DNA of 4,514 nucleotides from a virus (Duplodnaviria; Heunggongvirae; Uroviricota; Caudoviricetes): IMG/VR virus record IMGVR_UViG_2667527717_000011; one strand, 5' to 3'. Shown piece by piece: positions 1 to 4,514 of this stretch (position 1 is its first letter; each line of letters starts with the position of its first letter). The notes under the pieces were generated by a model. It saw only the letters and a program-made list of their open reading frames with translations, ran no database searches and was not told where the DNA came from. The position numbers and the translations under genes were made by a program.

Positions 1-171
1 TGCCGCGATATTTTTCATATTCAGCACTTTACCGACGCTCATCAGCGGTTTTTCAAACCAGCGGGTCAGCACTGTTATCTTCGGACAAGGAATAGCCTCG
101 GTAAGCCGTGTTTTGGGCGATCGAGCAGGAGGCGGGATCATTCCCGCCGTCCTGAGCCTGTTTGTGCACAG

Positions 172-198
172 AAAACCCCCAGCTAGGCTGGGGGTTCC
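172..198. terminator. IS200 left-end hairpin (CCCCCAGC-TAG-GCTGGGGG), terminator-like
   Basis: Perfect 8-bp GC-rich stem with 3-nt loop at 176-194, flanked by AAAA on one side (UUUU on the minus-strand transcript). Matches the position of the known read-through-blocking hairpin at the IS200 left end. Confidence 0.5.
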
Positions 199-232
199 GG
201 AAAGCTTTCAGCTTTGAGGCCAGTTATTAAAA

Positions 233-301
233 CCCCTTTTGATTTGTTAAAACACCTTGCGGTCTGGCAACTGCAAGTGTCAAACAAGAAATCAAAAGGG
301 G
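233..301 (+). promoter_or_regulatory. tnpA 5'-UTR stem-loop sequestering the Shine-Dalgarno sequence
   Basis: Left arm CCCCTTTTGATTT (233-245) is exactly complementary to right arm AAATCAAAAGGGG (289-301). The right arm contains the AAAGGGGG SD 6 nt upstream of the tnpA ATG at 308. Known IS200 translational-repression structure. Confidence 0.55.
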
Positions 302-307
302 GTCCCA

Positions 308-541
308 ATGGGGAACGAAAAGAGCTTAGCGCACACACGATGGAACTGTAAATATCACATAGTTTTTGCGCCAAAATACCGAAGACAAGTGTTCTACAGA
401 GAGAAGCGTAGAGCAACAGGCAGTATTTTGAGAAAGCTGTGTGAGTGGAAAAGTGTACAGATTCTGGAAGCTGAATACTGTGCAGATCATATCCATAACA
501 ACATTTACCATCATCGCGGATATGGCCAAAAAAGTGGCTGA
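308..541 (+). pseudogene. tnpA: IS200/IS605-family Y1 transposase TnpA, 3'-truncated remnant (reads into foreign sequence after His63, stop at 539-541)
   Basis: ATG at 308 preceded by SD. N-terminal 63 aa are IS200 TnpA-like, then NNIYHHRGYGQKSG* with no transposase similarity. Expected length ~150 aa. The 6-frame ORF 257..541 is an upstream extension of this frame. Confidence 0.8.
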
Positions 542-863
542 AGATGATGCAGAAGTCTCATCCATAACCAAGCCGGGTGCAGAAATTCATGAGTCTTAGC
601 CCACCTCTGGTGATATTAAACGTGCGCAGGGGGCATAACTGATTCTCGCCAATGGTATGAATCTGGAATTATGGTTCCAGCGCTTTTGCCAGCATCTCAA
701 TGAGGTTCCAGAGGTGATTGTCTCTTCGGGTGTGACACCGGTAGGGCTCACCAAAGGGCCCTATGAGGGCAAACCTACCCCCCAATGCCTGGATGTCGCC
801 AGATAACGCTCTGATTTACATTGTTAATATTCGTGATGCTTTAATAAAATACGATCCGGAAAA
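495..863 (+). pseudogene. sitA: sitA/yfeA-family periplasmic Mn2+/Fe2+-binding protein (ABC transporter substrate-binding component), internal fragment with two in-frame stops and one frameshift
   Basis: Translation ITTFTIIADMAKKVAEDDAEVSSITKPGAEIHES*PTSGDIKRAQGA*LILANGMNLELWFQRF...GPYEGKPT, then (after a shift in the C6 run at 778-783) NAWMSPDNALIYIVNIRDALIKYDPEN. This aligns to the N-terminal half of SitA/YfeA-type binding proteins as I recall them. TAG at 597-599 and TAA at 636-638 are in frame. The N-terminus (signal peptide) and C-terminal half are missing. Confidence 0.6.
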
Positions 864-938
864 TGAACTGCCCGGGAATCCTGGAGACTAAACTCCCTGA
901 GAAAGAGGTAAACAGGATGACTAAAAATACTCGTTTTC
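864..938 (+). mobile_element. IS3-family (IS629/IS1203-like) left terminal inverted repeat plus first 7 codons of orfA, cut off at ambiguous bases
   Basis: TGAACTGCCCGGGAATCCTGGAGACTAAACTCCCTGAGAAAGAGGTAAACAGG followed by ATGACTAAAAATACTCGTTTTC (MTKNTRF), matching the recalled IS629 IRL and OrfA start. Sequence after the NNN at 939-941 is unrelated to IS629. Confidence 0.65.
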
Positions 939-991
939 NNNCGCAAATTTCTCGCCCCTGACGATAGCCCGCCAGCCGCCTCGCTTCTCGC

Positions 992-1381
992 TCAATGGCG
1001 ATACGCTGTGATGGCGGGATCTGCGGCCACAGCGGTTGCATGGTCACCCCGGTGGGATCGCGATAATCCACCGCGTGAATCTTNNNTCTGCNGCAATNCC
1101 ANNGCGNCCTGGCTATTGGGGGAAAAGTCTTTCAAACCAAGCTGTTTACAGTAAGCATCCCACCACCGGGAAAGAATCTGGTAGCGTCCAGCAGCCGTTG
1201 ATTTAAGTTTTGGGTTTAGCGTGACAAGTTTGCGAGGATGATCGGAGTAATCAGTGAATAGCTCACCACCTACAATAACGTCGTAGCCGTGATTGCGGGT
1301 TGGCTGTCGCCCGTTATCCGTTCCTTCTGACCACGCCAACATATCGAGGAAAGCTTTACGCTGAGGATTAAGATTTAGCAT
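992..1381 (-). CDS. R: Phage endolysin, lambda R-type lytic transglycosylase; N-terminal ~90 aa intact, C-terminal region disrupted by ambiguous bases and apparent frame changes, 3' end truncated
   Basis: ATG at 1381-1379 with GGGGTGA SD. Residues 6-89 ([78 protein letters not shown]) are near-identical to lambda R, including the catalytic Glu in AWSEGTD. After the N-rich stretch 1084-1107 the similarity continues only by switching frame ([16 protein letters not shown] in another frame around 960-1010). The last ~24 codons expected from lambda R are absent before the N gap at 939-941. Confidence 0.75.
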
Positions 1382-1673
1382 TTTTCACCCCTGTCAGTCG
1401 TTCCCAGAAGTATGTCAGTGCAACCGAACCCATCGCACCACTAATCCCCGCTGTCGCGAGAATCATGTAAATACTGAATCCACTTTCGATACTGTTCAGG
1501 CCACCAATAACACCGGTGAATCCCGACACCACTATCTGAGCCAAAGCATTTATCCAGCTCCACGTTGCTTTACTCTGCTTCACATCTATCAGGTAGCGGA
1601 CCAGACCGCCCCAACCTGCGATGATCAGCAAAACGAGCCAGAACGCTCCGGCAAGGCTCTCTTTTTCGTGCAT
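1368..1673 (-). CDS. Holin (class I, three predicted transmembrane segments); possible alternative upstream TTG start at 1685
   Basis: 101-105 aa ORF immediately upstream of and overlapping the endolysin start by 14 nt. Three hydrophobic stretches (GAFWLVLLIIAGWGGLV, WSWINALAQIVVSGFTGVIGGL, FSIYMILATAGISGAMGSVALTYF) and a short polar C-terminus. Holin position in a lambdoid lysis cassette. No sequence-level recognition of a specific holin family. Confidence 0.65.
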   Translation of the reverse strand: MHEKESLAGAFWLVLLIIAGWGGLVRYLIDVKQSKATWSWINALAQIVVSGFTGVIGGLNSIESGFSIYMILATAGISGAMGSVALTYFWERLTGVKNAKS

Positions 1674-1787
1674 ATGAATAGCCAATGTTTCGCCGCCGAC
1701 AAAAGGCCGGGACGTTAAATGTCAGAAATCAGGCTCACGGGGTAATTTAACGACAAAGCACGGAGTTGATGCTCCCCGCAAGCCTGG

Positions 1788-1813
1788 AATAAAAAAGCCA
1801 GCATGTAGCTGGC
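1788..1813 (-). terminator. Rho-independent terminator (tR'-like) downstream of the Q gene
   Basis: On the minus-strand transcript: GCCAGC-UACAU-GCUGGC followed by UUUUUUAUU. About 185-205 nt downstream of the Q stop, comparable to the lambda PR'-to-tR' distance. Confidence 0.6.
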
Positions 1814-1890
1814 AACAGAGGGTTAAGCAATATCAACTCAACAGCTGAAGACACCCTGGCTGGGGTACGTTGGAAGGATACTCACCGCCC

Positions 1891-1925
1891 AGAAACAGAA
1901 AAGCCCAAGGCTTTAAACCTCGGGC
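1891..1925 (-). terminator. Second terminator-like hairpin between Q and holin
   Basis: Minus-strand transcript GCCCGAGG-UUUAAAG-CCUUGGGC (one G-U pair) followed by UUUUCUGUUUCU. Works only in the minus orientation. Confidence 0.4.
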
Positions 1926-1994
1926 TTGAATTTGGATTACTGCCAGTGCGTACAACATTGGCAAAATATCAGATTTACATAAAATATATGATTT

Positions 1995-2684
1995 TTAATC
2001 CAGTTTTGCAATATCTTGCTGTGAAAATGTGGTCTTTTGTTTTGAACGTGTTTTCGTTAAAAGCAATAAAGCTTGGCTATCAAGCTGTAGAAAAATGTGC
2101 TTCATTGCAACCCAGCGTTCAGTAAATGTCTCAGACCAGTTTTTTGATGTCACTCCCACCAGTGATGCCAACTCCTGGTATTCATAGGTCTTACGCCCTG
2201 CCAGCTCGTTCTTCACATCCTGTGCCGCCAGCCAGATCAACTTCTTCAAACGTTCCAGTGTCTTACCTGCAATTTTCCTGGTACCCAACAGAGTCTTAAA
2301 CTCGCTCCATGCCCACTGCGTTATGGTGACCTGATGTTCCCAGCGAACACTTTCGCTGTAACTCCACAGCAACCACGCTTTCTGATGTTCTTCGAGAGAC
2401 AGAACCGCGCGGCGCCATGATGATGTTGAGAACTCGATCGGACTGACCAGGGCAATGGATGAGCCTTTCGCCCGTGACTGCTTACCGGGTATCGGCGGAT
2501 TATCCAGCGTTATTAACCTGCCGGTCACTTCATCCAGAATGCGCGGTTTCTTTCGTTTGTATGTACCGGTATCAAATTGCGCATGCTCCTGCCAGGCCAC
2601 CAACTGCCCTTTCGTCGCACCACTCAGATCGGCGGTGGCCACCATGAGCTGCTCGCGAACAAACTGTAAATATTGGGTATTCAT
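1995..2684 (-). CDS. Putative late-gene antitermination protein Q (Q-like, 229 aa, Cys-free, C-terminal HTH-like segment)
   Basis: Occupies the Q position between ylcG/rusA and the lysis genes. ATG at 2684 with AAGGAG SD, overlapping the ylcG stop (ATGA). Followed by terminator structures typical of a PR'/tR' region. YEYQELASLVGVTSKNWSE resembles a helix-turn-helix. Assignment rests mainly on synteny. Confidence 0.6.
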   Translation of the reverse strand: MNTQYLQFVREQLMVATADLSGATKGQLVAWQEHAQFDTGTYKRKKPRILDEVTGRLITLDNPPIPGKQSRAKGSSIALVSPIEFSTSSWRRAVLSLEEHQKAWLLWSYSESVRWEHQVTITQWAWSEFKTLLGTRKIAGKTLERLKKLIWLAAQDVKNELAGRKTYEYQELASLVGVTSKNWSETFTERWVAMKHIFLQLDSQALLLLTKTRSKQKTTFSQQDIAKLD

Positions 2685-2821
2685 GCGGCCGCTCCTTTCA
2701 GTGTTTTGGCGTAATTTTTCAGTATTCGGTAATCAGTCACGACAGAACCGGAAAACCGGTACAACCGCAGGCGCATCCAGCGAAGGCGGAGGTGTTCTGT
2801 GATATAAGATTCAAACGTCAT
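2681..2821 (-). CDS. ylcG: Small prophage protein, YlcG-like (46 aa), not in the supplied ORF track
   Basis: Manual translation of the minus strand: ATG at 2821-2819 (overlaps rusA stop as ATGA, GGAGGG SD) gives [46 protein letters not shown], with the stop overlapping the Q start (ATGA). Same position and size as DLP12 ylcG between rusA and the Q gene. Confidence 0.55.
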   Translation of the reverse strand: MTFESYITEHLRLRWMRLRLYRFSGSVVTDYRILKNYAKTLKGAAA

Positions 2822-3180
2822 TCGCCCTCCAGTTCTGTAATGGTCAGCTCCAGCTTCCCGCCTTTAACGATCGGCATCTTCACAACGCGGTAATCAACAA
2901 CCTGCGCATCATCCAGCCAGAAACCTGCTTTAGTAAGTGCGTCAAAAGCGGCTTTTTGCAGATTATCCAGGTCACGGCGACGGCGATCCGGCATGTGGCA
3001 CTCAATGCGGATTTTCACTGGCATAGCCAGGCCGATATCCAGCATGGAGCCTTTGATGATTCGGGCGACGTTATCGCGGTATGCTTGCCCCTCTGCGCTG
3101 ATGTGCGTGCGCCCGCGATTATGGCGGTAATAGCGATTATTGCTCGGAGGCCAGGGTAATGTGATGCTGTAGGTATTCAC
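2818..3180 (-). CDS. rusA: RusA Holliday-junction resolvase (120 aa)
   Basis: [26 protein letters not shown]...[26 protein letters not shown] is essentially the E. coli DLP12 RusA sequence, including the acidic catalytic DLD...FDAL motif. GTG start at 3180 overlapping the ybcO stop (GTGA). Confidence 0.9.
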   Translation of the reverse strand: MNTYSITLPWPPSNNRYYRHNRGRTHISAEGQAYRDNVARIIKGSMLDIGLAMPVKIRIECHMPDRRRRDLDNLQKAAFDALTKAGFWLDDAQVVDYRVVKMPIVKGGKLELTITELEGE

Positions 3181-3467
3181 GCCTTAATAACCCCCTCTTT
3201 CAGCCAGATAACCTGTGTTCTCGCCATACCTTCCAGCGCGCATTCTTTTGCATATCCAGCGTCAACAAAATGCGTGCGACGGTCGATCTCGTCGTGACAG
3301 GCAGAACATGCAATGGTGGCAATAAGGTCTGGCAGTTTAATACCGGTGCCGCACAATCCAGCCAGCCGGATATGTGCCAGTACAGACGTTTCAGAATTGC
3401 CATTACATACGCCAGGGATTCTTACCTGGCATTCCCGACCACGCGCTGCTTTTCTCAAATCAGCCAT
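3177..3467 (-). CDS. ybcO: YbcO-family protein (DUF1364, Cys-rich putative nuclease), 96 aa
   Basis: [24 protein letters not shown]...[45 protein letters not shown] matches DLP12 YbcO. True start is the ATG at 3467-3465 with AGGAGG SD; the track ORF 3177..3506 is an upstream TTG extension. Confidence 0.85.
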   Translation of the reverse strand: MADLRKAARGRECQVRIPGVCNGNSETSVLAHIRLAGLCGTGIKLPDLIATIACSACHDEIDRRTHFVDAGYAKECALEGMARTQVIWLKEGVIKA

Positions 3468-3630
3468 GACTCCTCCTTGCTGCCAGTCGCAACCATTTTT
3501 TATCAACCAGGCTGGCGGTATATCCGAGCAGTGTTGGTATTTCGGATGGCTTCAGCTCAGGCTTACGCTTACGACGATTTGGTACTCTGTAGATGTGTCC
3601 GTTCATGACACGAATAAGCGGTGTAGCCAT
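3460..3630 (-). CDS. ninE: NinE-family protein (56 aa), not in the supplied ORF track
   Basis: Manual translation: [59 protein letters not shown] at 3630-3628 overlaps the ybcN stop (TAATG) with AGGAGG SD; the stop TGA overlaps ybcO codons 2-3. Same position as ninE in DLP12 and lambda nin regions. Confidence 0.7.
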   Translation of the reverse strand: MATPLIRVMNGHIYRVPNRRKRKPELKPSEIPTLLGYTASLVDKKWLRLAARRSHG

Positions 3631-4085
3631 TACGCCTCCTGCTTGTCGCGCAGCAGCTGGAACTCGCAGCTCTGCGGAATAGTCAGGTTGCAGCCAATAT
3701 TCATCGCCCAGGCTTCAACCTTACACAGGAAGACATACATCTCTCCGGTATCAAGATCGGAGGTATGGCGTAACGACTGGATAGTAGTGATTTCGCCGGT
3801 TACGACATCAACCAGGTCCTTGGTTTCATAACCGAGGTATGTGTGTTTGAGAGCATCTTTTACCCATGCTGCGGTAGCGAACGATTTCCCCCTGCTGATG
3901 AGGTATTCACTGATTTCGCTGTACCACATATGGCTGAGTGCATTCTGGGAAAGACTGCGTTTCTCTCGCCACGGTTTAAGCACCATGCGAAAGCATTTGC
4001 CTTCCTCCAGATAAGGCTGGATCTGCTGGCCGATAGCGGTGAAGTTGCCGCGATGTAATTTGATGCCGTCTTGTGAGAGGTTCAC
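3630..4085 (-). CDS. ybcN: YbcN-family prophage protein (reported DNA base-flipping protein), 151 aa
   Basis: [67 protein letters not shown]... matches DLP12 YbcN over its full length. GTG start at 4085 with GGAGGTG SD. Confidence 0.85.
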   Translation of the reverse strand: MNLSQDGIKLHRGNFTAIGQQIQPYLEEGKCFRMVLKPWREKRSLSQNALSHMWYSEISEYLISRGKSFATAAWVKDALKHTYLGYETKDLVDVVTGEITTIQSLRHTSDLDTGEMYVFLCKVEAWAMNIGCNLTIPQSCEFQLLRDKQEA

Positions 4086-4206
4086 GCTTCACCTCCGCAG
4101 AGCTCAAACGCTAGATGCAAAGAATTGCAGGTGCATTTCTGCATCTGTGAAGGGAGAAGAGAGTTTGGATTGTATGTGCGCATAAACGTCCCCGTTTAGC
4201 GCAGAA

Positions 4207-4235
4207 GTCACCGGAGTTGTTCAGGCTCCGGTGAC
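4207..4235. repeat. Perfect 10-bp inverted repeat (GTCACCGGAG / CTCCGGTGAC) with 9-nt spacer
   Basis: Seen directly in the sequence, 22 bp from the IS2 end. Followed by AT-rich ATAATTAT on the plus strand; not followed by a U-run on the minus-strand transcript. Confidence 0.5.
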
Positions 4236-4257
4236 ATAATTATGCCGTGTTGATTTC

Positions 4258-4514
4258 TAGACTGGCCCCCTGAATCTCCAGACAACCAGTATCACTTAAA
4301 TAAGTGATAGTCTTAATACTAGTTTTTAGACTAGTCATTGGAGAACAGATGATTGATGTCTTAGGGCCGGAGAAACGCAGACGGCGTACCACACAGGAAA
4401 AGATCGCAATTGTTCAGCAGAGCTTTGAACCGGGGATGACGGTCTCCCTCGTTGCCCGGCAACATGGTGTAGCAGCCAGCCAGTTATTTCTCTGGCGTAA
4501 GCAATACCAGGAAG
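4258..4514 (+). mobile_element. IS2 (IS3 family), left end; element continues beyond the window
   Basis: TAGACTGGCCCCCTGAATCTCCAGACAACC... matches the recalled IS2 left inverted repeat, followed at the expected distance by the orfA start. Confidence 0.9.
4349..4514 (+). CDS. insC: IS2 transposase OrfA (InsC), N-terminal 55 codons; partial, runs off window
   Basis: ATG at 4349 with GGAGAA SD. Translation [55 protein letters not shown] matches IS2 InsC with its HTH region. Confidence 0.9.

Larger units (their letters stand above)
165..497 (+). mobile_element. IS200/IS605-family insertion sequence, 5' portion only (left-end hairpins plus first ~63 codons of tnpA); 3' part replaced by unrelated sitA-like sequence
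   Basis: Characteristic IS200 left-end architecture: GC hairpin at 176-194, long RBS-sequestering stem-loop, then a TnpA ORF whose first 63 residues match the IS200 Y1 transposase (MGNEKSLAHTRWNCKYHIVFAPKYRR...CADHIH). Similarity is lost abruptly after ~497. Left boundary is approximate. Confidence 0.75.

Noticed and set aside
183-571. Minus-strand ORFs 183..416 (77 aa) and 326..571 (81 aa)
   Set aside because: Antisense to the IS200 left end / tnpA and the sitA fragment. IS200 is known for an antisense RNA here, not an antisense protein, and the translations have no recognisable features.
917-965. Plus-strand ATG with good SD (AAGAGG) encoding MTKNTRF...
   Set aside because: This is the first 7 codons of the IS3-family orfA inside the truncated IS stub. 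Similarity ends at the N gap (939-941), so it is not an independent gene.
841-1071. Minus-strand 76-aa ORF that might be taken for a spanin (Rz) or other lysis gene downstream of the endolysin
   Set aside because: It is a composite: its first part is the alternative frame of the endolysin C-terminal region, then it crosses the NNN gap and reads antisense through the IS629-like inverted repeat and the sitA remnant. No Rz-like features (N-terminal TMD followed by coiled coil).
1686-1994. tRNA genes, stx-like or other moron cargo between Q and holin (common in some lambdoid prophages), or a CRISPR array
   Set aside because: Only ~310 bp with no cloverleaf-compatible segments, no ORF longer than about 19 codons and no direct repeats. 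The space is accounted for by the promoter and terminator structures.
2455-2802. 115-aa and 62-aa plus-strand ORFs opposite the Q-like gene and ylcG
   Set aside because: Antisense shadow ORFs inside a gene with strong synteny and translational-coupling support; no SD, implausible composition.
3177-3506. 109-aa version of ybcO starting at TTG 3506
   Set aside because: The upstream extension overlaps ninE in another frame. The ATG at 3467 has a strong AGGAGG SD and gives the canonical 96-aa YbcO, so the shorter coordinates were used.
3313-3831. 172-aa plus-strand ORF (also 3270..3608 +, 3200..3403 -, 2956..3159 +, 3843..4058 +)
   Set aside because: All lie antisense to or inside the well-supported ybcN/ninE/ybcO/rusA genes. 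Low-complexity, Cys/Ser/Arg-rich translations with no start context; typical shadow ORFs.
1995-4085. A novel anti-phage defence or toxin-antitoxin module hidden in the nin region
   Set aside because: All six ORFs are accounted for by known DLP12-type nin/Q genes in conserved order with no extra inserted ORFs. Nothing in the window supports an undescribed system.

Overview
This window is a decayed lambdoid-prophage segment (DLP12-like nin / late-regulation / lysis region) read on the minus strand, boxed in by insertion sequences. Gene order right to left is ybcN, ninE, ybcO, rusA, ylcG, a Q-like antiterminator, a terminator/late-promoter gap, a holin and a lambda-R-type endolysin. Every junction from ybcN to Q has overlapping or abutting stop/start codons. 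An IS2 left end (with the start of orfA) sits 172 bp upstream of ybcN at the right edge. An IS3-family (IS629-like) left-end stub abuts the damaged 3' end of the endolysin. At the left, a 3'-truncated IS200-like element has its tnpA joined to a sitA-family (Mn/Fe ABC-transporter binding protein) pseudogene carrying two in-frame stops and a frameshift. Ambiguous N bases (939-941, 1084-1107) fall exactly where the endolysin frame breaks, so real inactivation and assembly error cannot be separated there. I found no convincing evidence of a novel defence or otherwise undescribed system; the most interesting material is the mosaic/decay architecture and the regulatory structures between Q and the holin. 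All family assignments are from recalled protein similarity and synteny, not from any database search.
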